Positions 35,971-43,944 of a DNA stretch of 61,736 nucleotides are shown piece by piece. Position 1 is the stretch's first letter. Every line of letters starts with the position of its first letter. Under the pieces are notes generated by a model. That model did no database searches. It had not been told where the DNA came from and was given only the letters and a program-made list of their open reading frames with translations. The DNA is taken from positions 1 to 61,736 of the IMG/VR virus record IMGVR_UViG_3300031454_000003; one strand, written 5' to 3'. Source of the DNA: a virus. A program made the translations under genes and the position numbers.

Positions 35971-36228
35971 ATGGATGAAATCGACCGCTTGACCGCGATG
36001 GTCGTCATGCTCAGCAACCAAGTAGCTCTAAGCCAGTACCGGTTGGCGATTCTTGAAAACGCAACCGAGGTTGAGGCGATGGCCCAGCTCAAGACAAATC
36101 TGATGGGCAGTCTTTGCGCGCTCGCCGAGATTGAACCTGAAGACGTACCGGAAGAGATGCTCGAGAAACTTGACGAAAATGCCGCTAAGCTAGTTGCGTC
36201 CTTGAACCTGCTTAGATCGGTCAACTGA
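35971..36228 (+). CDS. hypothetical helical protein encoded antisense to the early operon (alternative: the 141-aa minus ORF)
   Basis: The 85-aa Glu/Leu/Ala-rich translation looks native. The competing minus ORF has about 23 percent Ser and a single Glu. Confidence 0.45.
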   Translation: MDEIDRLTAMVVMLSNQVALSQYRLAILENATEVEAMAQLKTNLMGSLCALAEIEPEDVPEEMLEKLDENAAKLVASLNLLRSVN

Positions 36229-36367
36229 GACTTTCGCCGCCCTGAGCTGAATATCTGCCGCTTTCTCCATAAGGCGGATTCGCCGCAGCATCCGGCGGCG
36301 TTTGAACCAACGAAACATAAAACTCCTTTTGTGGTGGGGTCAGTGGACGGTGATGGTGTCGGGGTGG

Positions 36368-36601
36368 TCATGATCTGGTCTCTTTTTCTTCAGCATCGAT
36401 TAACGCGTGGGTAACGTCCCCGGCCCAGTCATAGAGGTAAGCCCAAACGCCCGTTTGCTCGTCTCTGAGGTAGTCGCTAGCTGCCAAATACATATCCGAC
36501 GCGGCGTTTTTAGCCCCCTTCAGATCGCCTCTGCGCTTGGCCTCGAGCATCGCCTCGAAAGCGTCGGTATAGAGAGCGTTAAACCAGTCTTCATCGGTCA
36601 T
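36368..36601 (-). CDS. hypothetical acidic protein
   Basis: MTDEDWFNALYTDAFEAMLEAKRRGD... The start is uncertain (track start 36664). Confidence 0.5.
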   Translation of the reverse strand: MTDEDWFNALYTDAFEAMLEAKRRGDLKGAKNAASDMYLAASDYLRDEQTGVWAYLYDWAGDVTHALIDAEEKETRS

Positions 36602-36614
36602 TTCGGAAGCGGGC

Positions 36615-37607
36615 TTAGTTGAGGTTGGCTGTAATGGTTCGGTTGTCACCGGGCATCTCCACAATGCGGATTGCCTCCGCTGCTTTTTGTAGGTGGGTTA
36701 TGGCGTCCTCAATTCCGATCTCAACGGCGTTGACGTTGTAACGCGCCGTCTCTTTGCTGTGCGCTGCGCGGTGATAGTCCGAAAGCTCGAGGTTTGTTAT
36801 CGACTCGAGCGCGTTAAGAACCTTGTGGGTGATGTCGTAATCAAGCTCTCGTTTCTGGGCTAGACGAGCTTCTTTCATCTGCTTAGCGACTGACACCGCT
36901 TCGTGTATGGTCTTTTTGCCTTCGGTCACTTCTTTGCTTAGAGCTTTGTCTTTTGCAACTGCTATACCGTCATTAACGGACACAGCACCGGTACTTATCG
37001 CCTCTTGGATAGGATCAGGTGCTCTAACAACGGTGTGCGCCGCATGAGTGCTGATCTCGTCTTTTTGCCACGCTTCCTTGACAGGCTCAGGCGCACCTGC
37101 CTTAACCTGTTTTCCTCTGCGATACTGACTTTCCGACATCCCTAAGAGCTGACCGGTTTGCTTAGCTGTTGTAGGGACTCGCTGACCCTGCGGTAAATTT
37201 ACTGTAGGGTCAGCTTTACCGGCTTTCATGCGCTCTTCGGCTTTTGGTGCAAAGTAGATTTCATAGGCTTCGCCGATATCTATACGTTGTGAATCCGTTA
37301 GGTGTCGCCTAAAGCGTGCTGCACCAGCTAGGAAGGTGATCTCTTCGCCCTCATCTGCAAATTGTTCGGTGATGGCCTCTAGGGTCTGATAGCCGACCTC
37401 TCGAGCGGCCCTTACGCGCTGATGACCGTCTACGATGACGGGTGAGCCGGTCCGAAGAGAAACCCTTATGGGCTCTTTGATGCCTCTTGCCTGTACGTCG
37501 GCAATAAAGGCCGTCCAGTCGTCGCCCTCAATGTTCGGAATGTTCTTTTGCCAGGGGTGACTCTGTAACTCTTCGGTCCGGTACTCGCTAAGAGAGTTCG
37601 CGTTCAT
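36615..37607 (-). CDS. ParB-like nuclease-domain protein
   Basis: IKEPIRVSLRTGSPVIVDGHQRVRAAREVGY. Confidence 0.7.
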   Translation of the reverse strand: MNANSLSEYRTEELQSHPWQKNIPNIEGDDWTAFIADVQARGIKEPIRVSLRTGSPVIVDGHQRVRAAREVGYQTLEAITEQFADEGEEITFLAGAARFRRHLTDSQRIDIGEAYEIYFAPKAEERMKAGKADPTVNLPQGQRVPTTAKQTGQLLGMSESQYRRGKQVKAGAPEPVKEAWQKDEISTHAAHTVVRAPDPIQEAISTGAVSVNDGIAVAKDKALSKEVTEGKKTIHEAVSVAKQMKEARLAQKRELDYDITHKVLNALESITNLELSDYHRAAHSKETARYNVNAVEIGIEDAITHLQKAAEAIRIVEMPGDNRTITANLN

Positions 37608-38223
37608 CGTCAGCCACCGCCGCGAAGAGGGTTAGCTGCGCGGTCGCTTCGCTGTCTGAAAACATCCCCTGGCTACGGAAAACCTGATTATCTTTGTCGC
37701 CGTTATTCGCAATAGCCACGAGCATTTCGCCTCGGAAGTTTTGCCTTCGCTCCATACCCTGCTGAGTGAGGACGCGCAGATAACCCTTATCGCTACCTAC
37801 CGCGATCTTCAGGTGCTCTCTGCAAAGTTCTTTGATGGCGTTTATAATCCCGTTCAGCCTTGTGTCTGTCGGCGCAATGTCGAAGAACGCCGCCATGTCG
37901 CTGCGCTTCCAACCCCTCATCAAGTCACCCCGTTTAGTCCATTCAAGGATGCCTTGCTTTACCCGACCCTCGCGCACAACTGCTCTAAGCCTGCCGCTCG
38001 AGTCGGTGACTTTAACGCTCATTAGGACTTCCCCGAACATACCGGGGTTTTGTTTGTTCGCGGCGACCAGCTCGGCTAGGTCTATAAACTTGTCTTGGTC
38101 GTACACGGCTAGCTTGCCGATCTTCTTGCCCATCACGTCTACTACGTCCATGATCCGCTGGGCTTCTTCCAAAAGAGCTACTTGCCCTCTCGGTTTTGCT
38201 ACAATTTGGTTGTTGAGGGACAT
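37588..38223 (-). CDS. hypothetical protein
   Basis: 211-aa ORF, second gene of the early operon. Confidence 0.6.
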   Translation of the reverse strand: MSLNNQIVAKPRGQVALLEEAQRIMDVVDVMGKKIGKLAVYDQDKFIDLAELVAANKQNPGMFGEVLMSVKVTDSSGRLRAVVREGRVKQGILEWTKRGDLMRGWKRSDMAAFFDIAPTDTRLNGIINAIKELCREHLKIAVGSDKGYLRVLTQQGMERRQNFRGEMLVAIANNGDKDNQVFRSQGMFSDSEATAQLTLFAAVADDERELS

Positions 38224-38232
38224 TAAAACCTT

Positions 38233-38511
38233 TCAGGCTGCGACTTCATGGGTCGCAGTTTCACTTTTTGCAGAGATGAAACGGGCATAAACTTTGCCGC
38301 CCGTTTTCGCTTTGCGGGCCTTGAACTCCCAGACACCATCAGGTATCCGGTAGCGCCTGTTCACAAGCTCGGTACGGATGTTGTAAGCGGTGCGGGCTGT
38401 ATTCGCTTCATAGACCATTGCCCACTTACCGGGTCGCTTCATCAAGGGCTCGAGTCTTTCGATCCAAACTCCCGGCCCCATTGAAATGGGGTCTTCCCAT
38501 AAAACTGTCAA
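38233..38511 (-). CDS. hypothetical protein, first gene of the early operon
   Basis: TTG start 4 nt after GGAGGT. Confidence 0.55.
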   Translation of the reverse strand: MTVLWEDPISMGPGVWIERLEPLMKRPGKWAMVYEANTARTAYNIRTELVNRRYRIPDGVWEFKARKAKTGGKVYARFISAKSETATHEVAA

Positions 38512-38550
38512 GTGACCTCCGTATAATCAAATTAGTAATAAGGTCGGGCT

Positions 38551-38600
38551 TAAAAATAGCTCTGCTAAGATGCACTTCTCACAGCAGCATCTAGCAGAGC
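38551..38600 (-). terminator. strong intrinsic terminator inside the early-operon leader
   Basis: Sense strand reads GCTCTGCTAGATGC (13-nt loop) GCATCTTAGCAGAGC TATTTTTA. Confidence 0.6.
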
Positions 38601-38870
38601 CAAGCGGACGGGGTGGTAGTCAGTCTATCACCTCTTTTTATTTGTAGCTCGGTTAATACGTTGAACGCACGACCTAAGCATTTGCCGGTGCGCCCCCAGT
38701 GGATCATTAGCTACCTTTGTTTTTAAGAGCCTGAACTGGCTCCCGCTACCTACACGGTTCCGGGTGGGTCCGATCCCCATAACTCGGATGCCATAAAGCA
38801 GTTGCTAAGTGCTCTATGTATCCTCCAAAGTTTTCAATGTTCTCAGGTCTTCATCGGTTCTTAACCTAGC

Positions 38871-38899
38871 TTGACCTAAACCAAAGCTTATAGTATAAA
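38871..38899 (+). promoter_or_regulatory. repressor promoter: TTGACC-17-TATAAA, 7 nt before the ATG (leaderless)
   Basis: ttgacc taaaccaaagcttatag tataaa tctagta ATG. Confidence 0.55.
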
Positions 38900-38913
38900 T
38901 CTAGTAATGTCAA
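38887..38913 (-). promoter_or_regulatory. divergent early promoter candidate: TTGACA-15-TATAAG (or -17-TAAGCT), interlocked with the repressor promoter
   Basis: The perfect TTGACA is the complement of 38908..38913, inside the first repressor codons. Confidence 0.4.
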
Positions 38914-39782
38914 TTGCCCACATTACTACCATGATATCTTCACCCTTAATGAAGGTTTGGGCAACAGCTAATGTCAAAACCGCCAAGACTCTTGGTGAAT
39001 TGCTTACGGCGAAACGGTCTGATTATGAAGGTACGCCTGAACAGTTCGACCAGTATGTTGTGGCAGACGCTATTGGCTTTAGCCAGCCTTACGTGAGCCA
39101 AATAGAGAAAGGACATGCCGAAAACCGAGTTCGCAAGTGGCCTTCCAAAAAACAACAGGCTCTACTCGAGGCTTATAAATTCACGACCGAAGAGATTGCA
39201 GAGATCGGCGAGAAGTTTAACCTTGACCTCCCCGGCGTGACCGCCACCGCAACCTTCAGACAACCCGCCGGGCGTTTTCAGGCCACGGCGGAGATCGGCG
39301 CACCCCCGGAGAACACCACCACCCTCGAGGCCACCCGGCGTTTCGAGGTACAAGATACTCACATCACCTTTCGGGTCTACGCGGGTATTTCTGCCGGTCA
39401 TGAAGAAGCGGAGCCTATAGAGGGTGAGGCGTTTAGTATCCCAAGTGCTGACCTGTCAGGCATTGACCCGGTGTGCGTGCGCGTCTACCGCGTCAACGGC
39501 GATTGCATGGTGAGTGAGTCTGCGCGCGGCCTCACTATGAACATCTGTAGCGGTGACAAGATCGCGGTAGATATATCCCAGCGGATCGTCAACAACAACG
39601 ACGTGATAGCGGCCTACTGGCGACCGGGTGACAAGCTCGTGGTCAAACGCTACGTGGAGGCGGGCGACCATATCGTGCTTAAACCGACCTCACCGACCCA
39701 CCCGCCGTTGATAGCCCAGAACAACGATGATTTTGAGATTATCGGCAAAGTAGTATGGCGTGGCGGCCCTTTCCGCGCTTAG
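38907..39782 (+). CDS. LexA/CI-type repressor (XRE HTH plus S24 peptidase)
   Basis: HTH VADAIGFSQPYVSQIEKG. LexA-like cleavage region FRVYAGISAG. Catalytic region VNGDCM ... VVKR. Confidence 0.85.
   Translation: MSIAHITTMISSPLMKVWATANVKTAKTLGELLTAKRSDYEGTPEQFDQYVVADAIGFSQPYVSQIEKGHAENRVRKWPSKKQQALLEAYKFTTEEIAEIGEKFNLDLPGVTATATFRQPAGRFQATAEIGAPPENTTTLEATRRFEVQDTHITFRVYAGISAGHEEAEPIEGEAFSIPSADLSGIDPVCVRVYRVNGDCMVSESARGLTMNICSGDKIAVDISQRIVNNNDVIAAYWRPGDKLVVKRYVEAGDHIVLKPTSPTHPPLIAQNNDDFEIIGKVVWRGGPFRA
39240..39356 (+). repeat. repressor-linker copy of the ATFRQPA(P/G)R..AE(V/I)G repeat shared with the tail fibre
   Basis: TATATFRQPAGRFQATAEIG, then the degenerate TTTLEATRRFEVQ. About 80 percent nt identity to the fibre repeat on the opposite strand. 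Confidence 0.7.
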
Positions 39783-39803
39783 TTATCCACAGGCTTATCC
39801 ACA
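39783..39803 (+). promoter_or_regulatory. two perfect DnaA-box 9-mers (TTATCCACA) between the repressor stop and the lipoprotein SD
   Basis: gTTATCCACAggcTTATCCACAggagg. Confidence 0.6.
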
Positions 39804-39812
39804 GGAGGCAAT

Positions 39813-40418
39813 ATGAAACACATCCGCACCGCTTTACCCTTCGTCCTTACTTTGCTACTCGCTGCCTGCGGCGGCAACGGCCAGACGCCGACCCCGCCCG
39901 CACCGCCGGTAGAGCAGCCCGTACCACCTGTTGTCACGCCACCCGTCACACCTGCCCCGCCTGTAACTCCGCCTACTGAACCGCCCGCGCCGCCTAGCAT
40001 TCCTTACTACGGTGAGTGGGCTTGGAGTTTTACCTTAAACGAAGGTTGCTGTAACGAAGAAGGCCGCTATAGCATCGTCCAAGTACGCGACGTTGACCCG
40101 GCTGGCAGCGGCTTTGGGTTTTATCAAACCTGTTATCAGGGCGACTGTTACGACTCACTCGAGGGCGGGGCCATCATGGGACCGGGTGAAGACAACACTC
40201 TTACGATTACGTTGTTTCAAGTCGATAGCGCGGGCGATTTCGTAGCTATTTACGAAGCTACCGATGATGACGGTGGGCTAACTAAAGACGAGCAAGGTAG
40301 AGATGTTTTCGAGGGTGACGGTCAATATTTCGACCCGAATTATGACGATGGTGATGAGCGCGGCACGTTCAAAGCCATACTTACGGACTTCCCGGTAGCT
40401 TTCCCGCCTGCCCAATAA
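39813..40418 (+). CDS. lipoprotein with a Pro-rich linker (moron or lysogenic-conversion candidate)
   Basis: Signal peptide plus lipobox MKHIRTALPFVLTLLLAAC. Confidence 0.7.
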   Translation: MKHIRTALPFVLTLLLAACGGNGQTPTPPAPPVEQPVPPVVTPPVTPAPPVTPPTEPPAPPSIPYYGEWAWSFTLNEGCCNEEGRYSIVQVRDVDPAGSGFGFYQTCYQGDCYDSLEGGAIMGPGEDNTLTITLFQVDSAGDFVAIYEATDDDGGLTKDEQGRDVFEGDGQYFDPNYDDGDERGTFKAILTDFPVAFPPAQ

Positions 40419-40421
40419 AAG

Positions 40422-40488
40422 TTATCCACAGGTTATCCACAGCCCCCATGCCCATCCCCGCCGCTGCTTATCTACAGCCCCCATGCCC
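40422..40488 (+). promoter_or_regulatory. two perfect and one 8/9 DnaA boxes, within a 21-bp direct repeat
   Basis: TTATCCACA at 40422 and 40433, TTATCTACA at 40468. TTATC(C/T)ACAGCCCCCATGCCC occurs twice. Confidence 0.6.
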
Positions 40489-40520
40489 GAAGACCCCGAC
40501 ACCGACCTCGAGCGCCTAGG

Positions 40521-41000
40521 CTACGGGCGTTTATTGCCTAAACTTTTCCCCTGCTGGTAGCGAGCGTAGACAAAGACCCCGGCGAGCGATCCGAGAGCGG
40601 TGATGATGCCAGCCAGACCCAATAGCCCGTGCCCATCCCTGATGAGTCCTACACTCCACCAGATCGTAAGAATAGCGATAGCCGCAGCAGTTATTGTTCC
40701 CATCCAACTCTGAACGATATCGGAGCCGATACGCCATGACTCAACACGCCGCCGATGCCTCCCCTGCTGCCGAACATCCTCGTACATCCCCTGCGCCATA
40801 CCTGGGACAATCTCGTCATAGCGGGCAAGTGTTTCGGGATCCGGCAGCGGGCCTGAATGGAACGACCCATAAATCTGTGTTGGTTGCTCTAAACCGAGCA
40901 TCCCCTGAGGGGCTTGCCTGGCCTCAAGGCGTGCTTGTCGCTCTGCGTTCTGGCGTTCTAAAGCTTCTTGAGTTCTTTTCGAGCGAGATTTACGACCCAC
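40521..41000 (-). CDS. DUF2335-like membrane protein
   Basis: GSFHSGPLPDPETLARYDEIVPGMAQ followed by two TM helices. Confidence 0.55.
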   Translation of the reverse strand: MGRKSRSKRTQEALERQNAERQARLEARQAPQGMLGLEQPTQIYGSFHSGPLPDPETLARYDEIVPGMAQGMYEDVRQQGRHRRRVESWRIGSDIVQSWMGTITAAAIAILTIWWSVGLIRDGHGLLGLAGIITALGSLAGVFVYARYQQGKSLGNKRP

Positions 41001-41005
41001 CCGGC

Positions 41006-41272
41006 TTATTTAGAAACAACCACACGGTGGGGCTTGGTGACTCTCGCTCTTTCCGCCAAGGCCACCGTGGGTTTCGCCTGATTCATCACGGTTCTGAGAT
41101 CATGGCCGACCATTTGCCAGTCCGAGGCGATGGCGTATGCGTCGGCTTCCTCGGGCGTCCTGCTCACGTTATAGCGATCAAAGGTGCCGAAAAGATCGAG
41201 GACGCGTGCAATACCGGAAATGAATGTCGGTTTGGCAAACAGAATGTCGGTACGCGGTTTGGTCTCGTCCAT
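41006..41272 (-). CDS. hypothetical protein (short form of track ORF 41006..41569)
   Basis: MDETKPRTDILFAKPTFISGIARVLDLFGTFDRYN... Confidence 0.45.
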   Translation of the reverse strand: MDETKPRTDILFAKPTFISGIARVLDLFGTFDRYNVSRTPEEADAYAIASDWQMVGHDLRTVMNQAKPTVALAERARVTKPHRVVVSK

Positions 41273-41455
41273 GTCAACCCCTTTAGTCAGACAACTATAG
41301 CAGATGCTCGCGCGATGTTTGCCGGGGTCAGTTACAGATTTCAAGACCCAGACCCCCTCGAGCCCTGGCTCATCCCCGAACAGGAGTGGGTGCTGATCCC
41401 GGTCATGCCTGTAGAGCCGGACGAAGAGCCGAAGCCGGAGGGCGACTGAGAAACC

Positions 41456-42787
41456 ATGTCTCAACTTGCTACCAAAGCAACCCCCGCCGCCTTCTTGGGC
41501 CGAGTCTCCACACAAAATCAAGCAAAACTCGACAAGCAAGGGTTGCCTGAACAGCGCCGCGCTGCCCAAGCTTACGCTGAAGCGAATGATTTTGAGATTG
41601 TCGCAACATTTGAAGATGTGATTTCCGGGGCGTCGGAAGCGCGCCCCGCTTTTTACGAGATGCTGTCACGGTCTTACGAGTTCAAGGCCGTGATCGTTTC
41701 GCATACCGACCGGCTGGCTCGTGACCTCGAGCTGGGCCTGAGACATATGCGCCTCATCCGTGAGGCGGGTCTCGAGCTGCACAGCGCCGCGCGGGGGCTT
41801 GTAGAAAAGGGCATCGTCTCCGGCGTCGATATGCTCTTAGGTGAACACGAGAAAGAGCGGATCAAAGAGCGGACGCAAAACGGTTTGATAGCAGAGGCTC
41901 GGGACGGTAAATTGCCGAACGGTCTCCACCTTTTTGGCTACCACAACGTACCGGGACAAAACCGAGGTGTGATCAACCCGGACGCAGCCGCTGTCGTACG
42001 GCGCGTCTTCGACCTTGGGGCGCAGGGTCTCAGCTACCGCGCCATTGCACGTGTGATGATGGCGACGCGCGCCCTTACACCGCTCGGTAAAGAGAGCTGG
42101 TATCAGCACACCGTCCGGCGCATGATCTGTAACACCGCCTATAAGGGTGAGTTCGTTTGGACACACAAACGCGGCGGTCGCTTTGTGCTGCCTGTGCCAG
42201 CTATCGTGTCAGCCGAAGAGTGGGCAAAAGCGCAGCGCCACAAGCGCGGCCCGCCTGTACAGGTGCCGCTCCCCTTATCAGGTCGGCTCCGGTGCGGTCG
42301 GTGCGGTGCGGCGATGGGCGTGCGGAAAGTTGACCGGGGCGGCAAGCACGTCTACCTCTACTACCGCTGTGGCAGCGCAGGAACCCCGAGCGGCGCGTGC
42401 GGCGTGGGGCTCGTCAGGCGCGACAAGCTCGAGCCTAAAGCCGAAATCCTCTTACGCGACACGTTGCAACATCCTGACCTGTTACGGGACCTCACGCGCC
42501 CTGACACAGAGCGAGACCAGCACGAGCAGCGCCGCCTTGACGACTTAGGCGAAAGAGCGGAGCGGGTGAAAGAGATGCGTTTAGATGGACTCTACAGCCG
42601 CGAAGAAGCGCGGATAAAAGTAGCGGAAATCGACGCCGAACGACGTGCGCTAACGCAGCAAGACGACACCGAATTTCCCCTCGAGGAGTTTGCCCTGGCA
42701 GCCCGTGAAATGCCTTTTGCCGAGCTTTTAGAGCTTACACAACCGACGTTTTACGTGCAGGGCGACGTTCTTACGCTGGAGTTTTGA
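41456..42787 (+). CDS. int: large serine recombinase (integrase)
   Basis: N-terminal resolvase domain FLGRVSTQNQ, recombinase domain, and Cys-rich zinc ribbon CGRCGAAM...YYRCG. Confidence 0.9.
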   Translation: MSQLATKATPAAFLGRVSTQNQAKLDKQGLPEQRRAAQAYAEANDFEIVATFEDVISGASEARPAFYEMLSRSYEFKAVIVSHTDRLARDLELGLRHMRLIREAGLELHSAARGLVEKGIVSGVDMLLGEHEKERIKERTQNGLIAEARDGKLPNGLHLFGYHNVPGQNRGVINPDAAAVVRRVFDLGAQGLSYRAIARVMMATRALTPLGKESWYQHTVRRMICNTAYKGEFVWTHKRGGRFVLPVPAIVSAEEWAKAQRHKRGPPVQVPLPLSGRLRCGRCGAAMGVRKVDRGGKHVYLYYRCGSAGTPSGACGVGLVRRDKLEPKAEILLRDTLQHPDLLRDLTRPDTERDQHEQRRLDDLGERAERVKEMRLDGLYSREEARIKVAEIDAERRALTQQDDTEFPLEEFALAAREMPFAELLELTQPTFYVQGDVLTLEF

Positions 42788-42807
42788 CGATGCACGAAGG
42801 GGCACTA

Positions 42808-42850
42808 TGTTACAATAGATGTGCCTCACGAGGTTCGAGCCTCTAGGCAC
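42808..42850 (+). promoter_or_regulatory. private HNH promoter (TGtTACAAT) plus nested leader hairpin
   Basis: GTGCCT CAC GAGG ttcgag CCTC T AGGCAC, followed by GGAAGGAG and ATG. Confidence 0.55.
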
Positions 42851-42875
42851 TCTGCGCTCTGGAAGGAGCAACAGC

Positions 42876-43535
42876 ATGTCAAATATAGCACCGGAACTAA
42901 AAGTATGTTTGAAATGTGGAGTGGCATATCCACTTGATGACTACCGTATTGAGATGAGACGAGGTAAGCCATATCGTCGGCCCGATTGTAGGACTTGTAG
43001 GGCAGAGACGTCTAAACAGTATTATGAGGCGAATAAAGAAAAGATCATGCAGACTGGCAGGGTTTGGGCAAAACAGAATAGAGAGCACGTCGCCGCTAAA
43101 ATACGACAACGACGACGTGCAAAAACACAAGAGAAAAAAGCCGCTCGAGCAGTCGTACCACATCCTGATAATATTGTTTTAATATCGGCCTTAAGGCGCT
43201 CCTTAAAACAGTGGAGTCCTGAAAAAGACCGAGCGGCTGCTCATAACACTAGAGCCAAGAATTTAGGTATTAAAGGCCGAATTACCTTTTTCGATATACA
43301 AGCCAAGCTTTTAGAGCAGGATTTTTTCTGCTACCTGTGTGGCGCTATGTTAGAAGACAACTACCATGTAGACCATGTTCTGGCGTTGGCGAGGGGCGGC
43401 GCGAACGATCCGGGTAACATTGCTATAGCATGTTCGCTTTGTAACTGGTCAAAAAATGACCGTGACCTTAAAGAGTATAAGGATTTTGAGAAACAGACCC
43501 TTAAGAAACCCACTCCGAAAACGGCGTTTCATTAG
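42876..43535 (+). CDS. HNH endonuclease, family A
   Basis: YHVDHVLALARGGANDPGNIAIACSLCNWSKNDR. N-terminal CLKCG...CRTC. Confidence 0.85.
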   Translation: MSNIAPELKVCLKCGVAYPLDDYRIEMRRGKPYRRPDCRTCRAETSKQYYEANKEKIMQTGRVWAKQNREHVAAKIRQRRRAKTQEKKAARAVVPHPDNIVLISALRRSLKQWSPEKDRAAAHNTRAKNLGIKGRITFFDIQAKLLEQDFFCYLCGAMLEDNYHVDHVLALARGGANDPGNIAIACSLCNWSKNDRDLKEYKDFEKQTLKKPTPKTAFH

Positions 43536-43640
43536 CACCCGCAAGCATTACCCGTGGCGACACCGTCACCTGGCAAGGCACGCCTTACACTGTCGCCGCC
43601 GTCCGCAGCGTGCCGGACAGTGTACACGGGGAGCTGTTCT

Positions 43641-43913
43641 TCATTTCGCTCGAGGCTCCGGGTCGGCGTGTTGAGGTGACTTGTTCGGAGCGGTATCGGT
43701 TTGCCGTGCCTTAATTCGTGCCACAGCTTCTAGGCCCATCTTTTGCAGATATTCATGGCGTCGTTTCGTAATTGGTCCCATATTGGTACCTAAGCGTCCA
43801 ACGCTATCGGGTACGGCCTCCCCCGTCAGCTCTTGGTATTTTTCTTGGAATGTGGAGAAGGGCAACTGCCCAGAACGGAACAGGCTCCATAATTTTTCTT
43901 CGTTGTGCGTCAT
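43641..43913 (-). CDS. hypothetical protein
   Basis: ATG at 43913 behind GGAGGT. Confidence 0.5.
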   Translation of the reverse strand: MTHNEEKLWSLFRSGQLPFSTFQEKYQELTGEAVPDSVGRLGTNMGPITKRRHEYLQKMGLEAVARIKARQTDTAPNKSPQHADPEPRAK

Positions 43914-43944
43914 TATTTGACCTCCGGCGCGGTATCGATTCCAG

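Noticed and set aside
35946-36371. 141-aa Ser-rich minus ORF as the real gene at this locus
   Set aside because: About 23 percent Ser with a single Glu is typical of an antisense shadow that shares wobble positions with the plus-strand ORF. This rejection is not final, because the ORF is ATGA-coupled at both ends (see finding).
38740-38800. tRNA-like T-arm (GTGGG TCCGATC CCCAT) in the immunity-region leader
   Set aside because: The loop has C where U55 is invariant. There is no matching acceptor 5' strand (ccgagtt is absent), and no D or anticodon arms could be drawn. I do not call it a tRNA.
40694-41449. 251-aa plus-strand track ORF
   Set aside because: It overlaps two minus-strand ORFs with recognisable family features (a DUF2335-like protein and its usual small partner). 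Its own translation is Arg/Pro/Gly-rich.
43540-43714. Protein-like plus-strand frame (..GDTVTWQGTPYTVAAVRSVPDSVHGELFFISLEAPGRRVEVTCSERYRFAVP*) downstream of the HNH gene
   Set aside because: The frame opens after a TAA and has no ATG, GTG or TTG and no SD. Its RYRFAV ending is simply the translation of the repeated leader element. It may be a remnant of a disrupted gene, but I do not call it as a CDS.
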